From NCBI GenBank assembly GCA_038883855.1, contig JAVZLH010000005.1, forward strand, positions 1 to 64,000: a DNA stretch of 64,000 nucleotides. Direction: 5' to 3'. Shown here one piece after another: positions 29,064 through 37,551 of this stretch. The number at the start of each line of letters is the position of its first letter. Position 1 is the first letter of the stretch. Source of the stretch: Candidatus Bathyarchaeia archaeon (lineage in GTDB: Archaea; Thermoproteota; Bathyarchaeia; Bathyarchaeales; Bathycorpusculaceae). The notes beneath the pieces were generated by a model. That model worked only from the letters and a program-made list of their open reading frames with translations, ran no database searches and was not told the DNA's origin. The position numbers were made by a program, and so were the translations under genes.

Positions 29064-29928
29064 TTGCCTCAAATGGAAAATCTGGATAAAATTCGGGAAC
29101 AGTTTCCTATAACACGGAATAAAGTGTTTTTGAACCATGCAGCGCATTCTCCGCTTCCAAAGCCGGTCGCCGACGCAATTAACAAGCACATTTATGAGTC
29201 TTCTAATTTTTGGAGACATCAAGCGAATGGAAAGACTATGGAAAACCTTTGTTTGCAAAGCTAATCAACGCAAAAACAGAGGAAATAGCCCTCGTCGAAA
29301 ACACGGAGCCTACCTCATCGTGGACGCCATACAATCCGCTGGCGCCATACCAATAGACGTTAAAAAAGACGACGTGGACTTCTTAGCAACCGCCTGTTAC
29401 AAGTGGCTTCTAAGCCCGCCGGGAGCAGGCTACCTTTACGTTAAAGAGGAGCTTATTGAAAGGTTTGAGCCGCCTTTTGTTGGTTGGGCAAGCGTTAAAC
29501 AAGAAATTTTTGACACCATAGATTTTTGGGACATTTGGAGTTTGAAGCTTGCGGATACTGCAAGCCGTTTTGAAATAGGTTCGCCGAGTTTCATAAGTTT
29601 TGTAGGCGCAAAAGAAGCCTTAAAAATGCTGTTGAATTTCGGTATAGAAAACGTTGAAAGAAGGATAATTAACCTCACCGACCATCTTATAGAGACTGTT
29701 AAGGGATTAGGGCTGGAACTTCAAACACCAGAGGAGAGACAATATCGCAGCGGCATAGTCAACTTCAAAATAGACAAGCCCCGAGAAATAACGAGGAGAC
29801 TTGTGGAAAAGTGCATAATTGTTTCGGCGAGGGCGCATGGAATAAGGGTTTCACCCCACTTCTACAACACAAAAGAAGAAATTGACAAGCTTGTAGAAGA
29901 AGTTAGAAAGAGCATAGCCAAGACATAA
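29064..29928 (+). pseudogene. Class V aminotransferase/cysteine desulfurase-like gene with frameshift and internal deletion
   Basis: 'FLNHAAHSPLP', then 'FAKLINAKTEEIALVENT' in a second frame, joined directly to 'HGAYLIVDAIQS...ACYKWLLSPPGAG...RVSPHFYN' in a third. Confidence 0.85.
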
Positions 29929-29932
29929 CAAG

Positions 29933-32389
29933 TTAGTATTCGCTGATGAAACTTATTTCTGGAAAGTTTTTAACTTGCCTGCCATTTCCCTTCTCAGAAA
30001 GAATCTCCAACATTGCAATTTTGCACGTTCCAATTATGTCCTCTTTGTTCTCGCTTATTATATTTGCATACTTGCTCTTGCCAGCATAAATCCTCAACTT
30101 CTTAATTACGGCGTTTAATGGTTTCCGTTTCTCCGCCTTCTCACGCCTAACCTCATTTATCACAGCCACAACCAAGTCCCCATCCCGCTCAGCCTCCTCG
30201 TCAATCCTTTCCGCTTCCGGCTTTGGCCAAGATGTTAGTTGTAAACTTTTTTGTCTAACAACATCAGCGTAAAGGTTTTGATAAATTTCCTCAGTTATGT
30301 GCGGCGTTATTGGAGCCAGCAACTGCAGTATTCTGTAGAGAACAGTGTAAAGGGTGAACTGGGCTGCTTTCCGTTTTTCTTTTCCGTAAACTTCTGGCTT
30401 GTAGAGTCTATCCTTAACAGCTTCAATATATTGATCGCAGAAAATGTGCCAAGCAAAATTGCGTACCTCTTCCAAAGCAATGTTAAATTGACATTTTTCT
30501 AAGGCTTCTGTAACTTTCTGCGTCATCTTCTCCATCTTACTTAAAATCCACTTATCCAAAAGCTGCAATTCGCCTTTTTCGTCCACCTTATAATCTTTCA
30601 GTTGAGTGCCAACAAATTTAGCAGCGTTCCAAAGTTTAGTCAAAAACCTTCGCCCATACTCAACATCTGGCCAGCGAAACGGAATATCTGAACCTGTTGC
30701 CCCACCAGATGCAGCCCATTGTCTAGCAGCGTCTGTTCCGTACTTGTCCAGCACTTCTGGGGCTGCAACATAGTTTTTTAGCGATTTGCTCATTTTTCTA
30801 CCGTCTGAACCTAAAACCATGCCATTAATGAGGCAGCTTTTGAATGGTTTCTCATCAAATAATGCGAGGTGCCTAACCACCAGATAGTAAGCCCATGTTC
30901 TAATTATGTCAACTCCAGAAGGATGCAAATCCGCTGGAAAAAGCCTCCTCCAGTCTTTTCTGTCAGGCCATCCAGCGTGCACAGCACATGATATGGATGA
31001 GTCCATCCACGTGTCAAAAACATCCTTTTCTGGAACGAATTCTTTGCCGCCGCACTTCGGACATTCGCTTATTTTGGGCTTTTCCAGTTTCGGATCCACT
31101 GGAACCCATTCCTCTTTAGCCACTATAATTTCGCCGCAGTTTTTACAATACCATACTGGTATGGGTGTTCCGAAAACGCGTTGGCGGCTTATCACCCAGT
31201 CCCAGTCCAGGGAGCGCGCCCAGTCTATTAGGCGAGTTTTCATGTGCTCAGGATACCAGACAATTTCGTTGGCTGCCTTCTCAACCTTGTCTGTTAGGAT
31301 TCGGGTTTTCATAAACCATTGGGGAAGCTCCAGAATTTCAATGGGAGTTTCGCATCTGTCGCAGACGCCTATCTCTTGGCTAATTTTTTCAGTTTTCTCC
31401 AAAAGCCCCGCAGCCTTCAAATCTTCCACTATAGCCTTCTTTGCCTCTTCTATAGTTAAGCCAGCGTATTTTCCGCCATCACAAGTTATTTTGCCCTCTT
31501 CGGTTAAAAGCGCTATCACTGGAAGCTTATGCCTAATCACAGTTTTCACGTCTTCCTTGTCTCCGTAAGTGCATATCATGACCACACCTGTACCAAAGGA
31601 AGGGTCGACACCCTCGTCTGGGATTATTTCAACCGTTCTGTTGACGAGTGGGACTTTTATTTTTCTGCCAATGTGCTTGTTGAATCTGTCGTCTGCGGGG
31701 TTTACTGCTACGGCAACACATGCTGGTATGAATTCTGGACGTGTTGTAGCTATGAGTAAATGTTCGCTGCTTCCTTCCAAAGGAAACTTGATGTAGTGAA
31801 GCGTGCCCTCCCTCTCCTCGTAATCCACTTCAGCGTCTGCAATCGCCGTTTCACAGCGGGGACACCAGTTGACTGGATGCTTGCCTCGGTACATGAAACC
31901 CTTATTATATAGAATTATGAAACTCAGTTGCGTGCGTCTCCAATAATCAGGGTCCATAGTGCGATATTCGGTTGTCCAGTCAACGCTGCAGCCTAGGCGC
32001 ATTACGCCTTCCTTCATCATGGCAATGTATTTTTCAACAAGCTTCTCGCACAACTTTCGAAACTTGTCAGGCGGCACATCCCTTTTCTTAATTTTGTTTT
32101 CCCTTTCCACCTGCACTTCAATGCCTAACCCGTGGCAGTCCCAGCCCTGTGGAAAATAAACGTTAAAGCCCCTCATGCGCTTGTAGCGGGCGACAATGTC
32201 AAAGTATGTCCAGTTGAGGACATTTCCCATGTGAAACTCGCCTGAAGGATAAGGCGGAGGCGTATCAATGCTGAAAGTTGGACGCTTATTATCTTCCCAG
32301 TCAAAACGGTAAACACCCATCTCTTCCCAAAGCTTCTGCCACTTACGCTCAATGGCTATAACATCAAACTCTTTAGGCAAAGGCTTCAT
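29933..32389 (-). CDS. valS: Valine--tRNA ligase
   Basis: 'DTPPPYPSGEFHMGN', 'VNWCPRCETAIADAEV', 'WVISRQR', 'KMSKS'. Confidence 0.97.
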   Translation of the reverse strand: MKPLPKEFDVIAIERKWQKLWEEMGVYRFDWEDNKRPTFSIDTPPPYPSGEFHMGNVLNWTYFDIVARYKRMRGFNVYFPQGWDCHGLGIEVQVERENKIKKRDVPPDKFRKLCEKLVEKYIAMMKEGVMRLGCSVDWTTEYRTMDPDYWRRTQLSFIILYNKGFMYRGKHPVNWCPRCETAIADAEVDYEEREGTLHYIKFPLEGSSEHLLIATTRPEFIPACVAVAVNPADDRFNKHIGRKIKVPLVNRTVEIIPDEGVDPSFGTGVVMICTYGDKEDVKTVIRHKLPVIALLTEEGKITCDGGKYAGLTIEEAKKAIVEDLKAAGLLEKTEKISQEIGVCDRCETPIEILELPQWFMKTRILTDKVEKAANEIVWYPEHMKTRLIDWARSLDWDWVISRQRVFGTPIPVWYCKNCGEIIVAKEEWVPVDPKLEKPKISECPKCGGKEFVPEKDVFDTWMDSSISCAVHAGWPDRKDWRRLFPADLHPSGVDIIRTWAYYLVVRHLALFDEKPFKSCLINGMVLGSDGRKMSKSLKNYVAAPEVLDKYGTDAARQWAASGGATGSDIPFRWPDVEYGRRFLTKLWNAAKFVGTQLKDYKVDEKGELQLLDKWILSKMEKMTQKVTEALEKCQFNIALEEVRNFAWHIFCDQYIEAVKDRLYKPEVYGKEKRKAAQFTLYTVLYRILQLLAPITPHITEEIYQNLYADVVRQKSLQLTSWPKPEAERIDEEAERDGDLVVAVINEVRREKAEKRKPLNAVIKKLRIYAGKSKYANIISENKEDIIGTCKIAMLEILSEKGNGRQVKNFPEISFISEY

Positions 32390-32462
32390 AATGCAACATC
32401 CTAAACATGCTCTGATTTTAGGAAAAATAAATATACAACTAAATAACAATTGCTCTCAACAG

Positions 32463-32560
32463 GGTTTAGGGGAGCTGGGCGGTGACCCGGCTGAGAGGAC
32501 GGCTGAATCGCCGTCGACCCTTAGAACCTGATCCAGGTAATGCTGGCGGAGGGAAAAACC
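32463..32560 (+). ncRNA. TPP (thi-box) riboswitch
   Basis: P1 GGTTT/AAACC; AGGGG-AGCTGGG..CCCGGCTGAGA; P3a GACGGC/GCCGTC; ACCC..GAACCTGATCCAGGTAATGCTGGCGGAGGGA follows the TPP consensus; directly upstream of thiT. Confidence 0.93.
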
Positions 32561-33094
32561 ATGAACGAAAAAAAGGAATCTAAAATTAGTTCTCCAACTA
32601 AAATAATAGCCGAAGTCGTCTCCTTTGTTGCCCTTGCAACAGCGTTAAGCTACGTTAAGGTTTTCAGTCTTCCAGAGGGAGGCTCGGTGACAGCTGGCTC
32701 TATGGTTCCTATTCTTTGGCTTGCTTTAAGAAGAGGACCAAAAATCGGATTATTTGCAGCAGCAGTTTATGGTCTGGTGCAGCTTGCCATTGAACCCTTC
32801 ATATTTCATCCGGTTCAGGTGCTTCTTGACTATCCAATAGCTTTTGGTGCGCTTGGATTAGCTGGGTTTTTCCAAAATCGTCCCTTCGTAGGTGTTAATG
32901 TTGGCATTTGGAGCAGGTTCCTAGCACACTTTGTCTCCGGCGTAGTTTTCTTTGCTGACTACGCTCCTGAGGGAATGCATCCGACGATTTATTCAGCAAT
33001 ATACAATGGAAGTTACATATTGCCAGAGCTTGCAATAAGCATTTACATAATTTACCTATTGCAAGAAAGTAAATTGCTCAAAATGTTTCTCTAA
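32561..33094 (+). CDS. thiT: ECF-type thiamine transporter S component
   Basis: 'LPEGGSVT..SMVP...RRG', 'HPVQVLLDY', 'HFVSGVVFF..YAPEG..YS..YNGSY'. The real start is the ATG at 32561; the upstream ATG lies inside the aptamer. Confidence 0.92.
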   Translation: MNEKKESKISSPTKIIAEVVSFVALATALSYVKVFSLPEGGSVTAGSMVPILWLALRRGPKIGLFAAAVYGLVQLAIEPFIFHPVQVLLDYPIAFGALGLAGFFQNRPFVGVNVGIWSRFLAHFVSGVVFFADYAPEGMHPTIYSAIYNGSYILPELAISIYIIYLLQESKLLKMFL

Positions 33095-33107
33095 GAGCGG
33101 ACAAGGC

Positions 33108-33821
33108 ATGACTAAGTTAAAGACGGGAATTAGTGGCTTTGACGATTTAATAGGTGGCGGTATCGAGTCTGGCTCACGAAATATCCTTTATGGACCGCCT
33201 GGAACTGGGAAAACGGTCTTTGCTATGCAGTTTCTTTGGCAAGGATTGCAAGAAGGAGAAATTGTTGCTTATGATGTTATGGATAAACCGTTTCCCCGTT
33301 TAATCGCCTACTTTAAGTCTTTCGGTTGGGACATTGAACCCTACATTGAAAGGGGCAAGTTCATAGCCATACAAGCCTTCCCACACTTTGAACCGTACCC
33401 AAAGGACCCGCGAGTCATCTATTTCAGCCTAGAAGATTTTGAGGAGATGAAACGTATTGATAGATTGATTTCGGAAAGGGGAGTTACACGGTTTGCTGCC
33501 GGAGACTTTAGTGAGCAATTATTCGCTTTATATGATTTAAAGTATATGGAGCCTGTTGAGGATTGGACTATTAACTGGTGCCACTATGACAACATTGTTA
33601 ATATTGACATAATGACGACAGCAACACAAAAGGATTTAGCGACGCAGCGGGCTACAGACCTCGACCTAAACAAGGCTCACAACATTTTCCTTTTTAGATT
33701 CAACGAGGAAAAATGTAGAAGAGAATTAAGGATAGTTAAGATGGAGGGGTGCGAGCACCCGCTTGAGTGGATTCCATTCAAGATAACAAATAAGGGCATT
33801 GAACTGATAAGGAAAGAATAG
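33108..33821 (+). CDS. Single-domain KaiC/RAD55-like ATPase (divergent)
   Basis: 'KTGISGFDDLIGGG', Walker A 'GPPGTGKT', C-terminal 'RELRIVKMEG..H...PFKITNKGI'. Confidence 0.8.
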   Translation: MTKLKTGISGFDDLIGGGIESGSRNILYGPPGTGKTVFAMQFLWQGLQEGEIVAYDVMDKPFPRLIAYFKSFGWDIEPYIERGKFIAIQAFPHFEPYPKDPRVIYFSLEDFEEMKRIDRLISERGVTRFAAGDFSEQLFALYDLKYMEPVEDWTINWCHYDNIVNIDIMTTATQKDLATQRATDLDLNKAHNIFLFRFNEEKCRRELRIVKMEGCEHPLEWIPFKITNKGIELIRKE

Positions 33822-33841
33822 CTGTAGGTTATGCATGTAAA

Positions 33842-34852
33842 ATGGGAAAACTCGCAACAGAAGACCTTAAAAAACTTCTGAAATGCATAAGGGAAAATTC
33901 ACGAGTTATTGTGCCACCTATGCCGGGCTTTGACTCTGGAGTACACTTTGTCAACAGCGAATATCTTGTTGTTTCAACTGACCCATGCATTGGTGTACCG
34001 CAAAAATGGTTTGGATGGCTCCTAATCCATTACGCAGCCTCTGACGTGGCATTGTTCGGTGCAAAACCGCAATTTTGCACAGTAAACCTCTTGGGTCCAC
34101 CTTCAACGAAACCAGAAATTTTCTACGAGGTTATGGAGCAAGTTTGCGGGGCGGCGGATGAGCTTAACATGGCTGTTGTAACCGGGCACACCGGAACTTA
34201 TGAGGGTTTGTTGACGCTTGTTGGAGTCTGCACAGCGTATGGCGTTGTAGATAAGGAAAGGCTGAGGACTCCGGCTGGCGCCAAACCAGGAGACTATATC
34301 TTATGCACTAAAGCCGTTGGTTTGGAAATTGCCGTAAACTTTGCGCTGACCCATACTTCACTTGCTGAGAAACTTTTGGGAACAGATGAAACAAAGAGGC
34401 TTTCAGAACTTGTTTACATGCAGAGTTGCGTTAAAGAAGCTTTGTTGCTTTCAGAGATTGAAGGAGTTCACGCCATGCATGATGCCACTGAAGGCGGATT
34501 AATCGCAGCTTTAAACGAGATGGCTGAGACTTCGGGAACGGGATTCAAGATAGAGTTTGAGAAAATTCCAGTAAATGAGGAAGCGCAAACCCTAAGCCGA
34601 TGTTTCAATTTGACAGATGAGCAGACATTGGCTATGTCTTCAACAGGCACAATTATAGCTGCTGTCAGTCCAAATGCGAAGGATAAAGTTGAAGAAGAAT
34701 TGCGCAAAAATGGCGTGGAAGCGAGTTTTCTGGGAGTTTTCACGAAGGACAAACAGCGCATTCTTGTAAAAAATGGAAAAGAACTAAGTTTTCCACGTAA
34801 AGCGGAAGACCCCTACGAAAAAATATTGGCAGGAAAATCTTTGACGGTTTAA
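33842..34852 (+). CDS. AIR synthase-related (HypE/ThiL-like) protein
   Basis: 'MGKL', 'VSTDP', 'ASDVA..GAKP', 'GHT', 'MHDATEGG'. Confidence 0.85.
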   Translation: MGKLATEDLKKLLKCIRENSRVIVPPMPGFDSGVHFVNSEYLVVSTDPCIGVPQKWFGWLLIHYAASDVALFGAKPQFCTVNLLGPPSTKPEIFYEVMEQVCGAADELNMAVVTGHTGTYEGLLTLVGVCTAYGVVDKERLRTPAGAKPGDYILCTKAVGLEIAVNFALTHTSLAEKLLGTDETKRLSELVYMQSCVKEALLLSEIEGVHAMHDATEGGLIAALNEMAETSGTGFKIEFEKIPVNEEAQTLSRCFNLTDEQTLAMSSTGTIIAAVSPNAKDKVEEELRKNGVEASFLGVFTKDKQRILVKNGKELSFPRKAEDPYEKILAGKSLTV

Positions 34853-34862
34853 AACGGATTAT

Positions 34863-35648
34863 TTAAGAACTTTCTAAGCTAACCCTTTCTGGAGCAGTGT
34901 AAACGTTCATGCATTTTCCGCGCACAAACCCTATTAAGGTTATGTTTGCTTTTTTGGCTATTTCTATCCCAGAGTCTAGGGCTGCAGCCAAAGAGGCAAC
35001 TATCGGCAGTCCCACTTTTGCTGCCTTGAAAACCATATCGCCTGTTAAGCGTCCACTTATAGCGAGAAAGCATTCTGAAAAATTAACCTTTGAAAATGCG
35101 CCTATACCTATGGCTTTGTCTACGGCGTTGTGGCGACCAACATCTTCAGCAAACGCCAAAAGAGCCCCGTCGCTTTTATATAGGGCTGCAACATGCACCC
35201 CGCCCGTTTTTCTAAAAGTTTCCGCTATAAAGTTTAGGTTGTTCACGCATTTTTGAACCGTTTCAGCTTTGACTTTTATGTCCGCCCTAATTTTTGGAAG
35301 TTTTGTGGATGGCTGGTGTGGACCGCCGCAAGCTGAAAGTATTATGCGAGACATCTTCTGTAAAAGTTTTAATCTGTTTTCTATGTTGACTTCTGGTTTC
35401 AGCTTGATTTGGTATACACCTTCTTCTTTGAAGTTTATTTCCGCGATTTCTTCAGTTGAGTTTATGACGCCTTCTGTTAGCAGATGCCCCACAGCAAGTT
35501 CTTTCAGGTTTGTTGGCAAGCAGAAGACGGTTGCATATCGGGTTCTGTTTAGGAATATGTGAAGCGGTTTTTCCTCCGCAATGTAATCCCTTACTTTTTC
35601 TGCCTTTTTGGCATCTGTGTCAATTCTAACTATTTCAACCTCACGTAT
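34863..35648 (-). CDS. fdhD: Formate dehydrogenase accessory sulfurtransferase FdhD (start likely ATA at 35648)
   Basis: 'EEKPLHIFLN...P..LKELAVG.L.TEG', 'TGGVH.A', 'EDVGRHNAVDK', 'SGR'; the conserved N-terminus lies upstream of the listed TTG. Confidence 0.9.
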   Translation of the reverse strand: MREVEIVRIDTDAKKAEKVRDYIAEEKPLHIFLNRTRYATVFCLPTNLKELAVGHLLTEGVINSTEEIAEINFKEEGVYQIKLKPEVNIENRLKLLQKMSRIILSACGGPHQPSTKLPKIRADIKVKAETVQKCVNNLNFIAETFRKTGGVHVAALYKSDGALLAFAEDVGRHNAVDKAIGIGAFSKVNFSECFLAISGRLTGDMVFKAAKVGLPIVASLAAALDSGIEIAKKANITLIGFVRGKCMNVYTAPERVSLESS

Positions 35649-35662
35649 TTTGGATGCCCCCT

Positions 35663-36565
35663 CTATTTTTTCAGTTCGGAAAGAACAAAGTTGACGATTT
35701 CGTCTGCAATCTTAACTTTTGTAACAGACTGCAGCCCTCTCCATCCTGGTTGGCTGTTAACCTCAACTATTACTGGACCCTTTGGACTTTCGAGTATGTC
35801 TACGCCCGCTACTTTGCAGCCTATTAGCTTTGCTGATTTCACAGCAAGTTCCTCAAGTTCACCGCTTAGGCTTATGGGCTGTGGGCGAGCGCCTTGGCTG
35901 TAATTGGTTTTCCAACTGTTTGCCACTCTCCGCATGGCTGCAACCACGCGGTCGCCTATGACGAAGGCGCGGATGTCTGAAAAACCGTGGGGAACAAATT
36001 CTTGTAGGTAGATTACGCCGTGATAGAACGTTATGGAGCGGAATACTGTATGGGCGACTTCAGGGTCTGTGACGCGTGTTGCGCCTATGCCTCTTGACCC
36101 GAAAAGGGGTTTAACAACAACATCTCCGCCAAGTTCGTTGAAAGCCTTTAAGGCTTCTTCAACGTTTTCGGTTACGGCTGTGCGTGGAACTGGAATGCCG
36201 TTGTCTTCTAGAATTGCGAGAATATCATATTTGTCGACGCAGTGTTCTATAGCTTCTGGAGGATTTATGACGAGTAAGCCAAGTCTTTCAAGCCTATAAA
36301 GCATATCCATTCTGAAAACTATTTCTTCCAGCGAACCGCGCCCAATTGGACGAATTATCAACGCATCTAAACCTTCCAGAATGTCTACGTCGGCAACTTT
36401 TGCGTATGGTTTGTAGCCGATGCGCGCGACCAAATAGGGAAAACTGAAGCAGATATACGGAATTTTGCGTTTTTCCAAGGCGTTTTGAAGTTGCGTGGAA
36501 CTCCAAGAGTTCCTATTTCGCGTTGCAATCCCTATTTTCAAACAGAAACCTTCTGTGTTCCTCAA
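35663..36565 (-). CDS. RimK family ATP-grasp alpha-L-glutamate ligase (MptN/Orf5-like)
   Basis: 'VPRT', 'KPLFGSRGIG', 'YLQEF', 'DIRAFVIG', 'WKTN', 'EVNSQPGW'; near mch/fwd. Confidence 0.88.
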   Translation of the reverse strand: MRNTEGFCLKIGIATRNRNSWSSTQLQNALEKRKIPYICFSFPYLVARIGYKPYAKVADVDILEGLDALIIRPIGRGSLEEIVFRMDMLYRLERLGLLVINPPEAIEHCVDKYDILAILEDNGIPVPRTAVTENVEEALKAFNELGGDVVVKPLFGSRGIGATRVTDPEVAHTVFRSITFYHGVIYLQEFVPHGFSDIRAFVIGDRVVAAMRRVANSWKTNYSQGARPQPISLSGELEELAVKSAKLIGCKVAGVDILESPKGPVIVEVNSQPGWRGLQSVTKVKIADEIVNFVLSELKK

Positions 36566-36606
36566 TTTTGAGAGAGATGCTAACTGAACCGTGTTCTTAA
36601 AGTTTC

Positions 36607-37551
36607 CTAAAACTTGTGGATGAAAGGAATCAACTGCTCCGCATTTTCATATTTCCTAGAAAGTTCAAAATCCAGATAGGCGCCGCAAACGTTGAAGTAT
36701 GGCGGCCCTTTTCGAGAAAACAGAGTTAAGACTTTTCCTTTATGATTAATTTTGTAGCCTTCCGTGCATGGCTCGTGTCCTCTTATCAGGATTTTAACGT
36801 TGAATCTCTCTAATGCCTCGTTCGTTATTTTTTCTCCAAAGAGTTTTCCTGCTCCTCTAGGCGAGGCGCAAACCTCTTCAACCATTTCGTTTGGGTCGCT
36901 CCAAAGCATCTCCTCAAGAAAACTCTGTTTTGGGTGCTTTACGTGAGCGTATGCTAAATCCTCTAATGTTTTTGCTTGCGACGGTGGTCCCCCATGGATT
37001 ATTAGGCACAGTTCCCTAACAAGCACCGCATTGTAAAGATGTTTAAATAACTCGCGGACTTTAATGTAAGCAACGTTCCAATTTTCGCCAAACCTAATCT
37101 GAAATTGGTAGGGCAAATCGTGAGGTGAAGCCATGAGGTCTTCTGGACCCTCGTGGTTTCCCCGCATGAGAATTACTTGTTGTGGGAACAGAAGTTTGAG
37201 TTTTAGAACTGTGTAGTAAACTTCTGCTGAATAAGCGCCTCTGTCGCCGTAGTCGCCTAGAAAGATTAGAAAAGCCTGCCTGTTTTTGCTCATTTTTTGT
37301 AGGAAAATGCTGTCTTTCAGTATGTCGATCAGGCTTTCGATGTCGCCGTGAAAGTCGCTGGCTACAAGGGCTTCGCCGACGGGTTCGAGTTTGACGAGTC
37401 TTCCCTCAACTGTAAAGTTTCCAACCCTACCATTTTCGCCGCTGAGCATTTCTGTGGCTTTGTCAACAACTTCTCCAAACTGGTTATGCTGAATTTCTAA
37501 AGCCTCTTTGACAATTTGGTTCAGGAGCGACTGCAAATTTACCCCCTTCAA
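36607..37551 (-). CDS. PPP family Ser/Thr protein phosphatase
   Basis: 'SDFHGD', 'GDYGDRG', 'RGNHE', 'HGG', 'LWSDP', 'SPRG', 'IRGHE', 'TLFS'. Confidence 0.9.
   Translation of the reverse strand: MKGVNLQSLLNQIVKEALEIQHNQFGEVVDKATEMLSGENGRVGNFTVEGRLVKLEPVGEALVASDFHGDIESLIDILKDSIFLQKMSKNRQAFLIFLGDYGDRGAYSAEVYYTVLKLKLLFPQQVILMRGNHEGPEDLMASPHDLPYQFQIRFGENWNVAYIKVRELFKHLYNAVLVRELCLIIHGGPPSQAKTLEDLAYAHVKHPKQSFLEEMLWSDPNEMVEEVCASPRGAGKLFGEKITNEALERFNVKILIRGHEPCTEGYKINHKGKVLTLFSRKGPPYFNVCGAYLDFELSRKYENAEQLIPFIHKF

Noticed and set aside
30906-31568. 220-aa ORF antisense to valS, and other short antisense or overlapping ORFs in the track
   Set aside because: Shadow frames of well-supported genes, with no motifs or RBS.
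32540-32560. ATG at 32540 as the thiT start
   Set aside because: It lies within the conserved L5 loop/P5 of the TPP aptamer; the ATG at 32561 has the SD.
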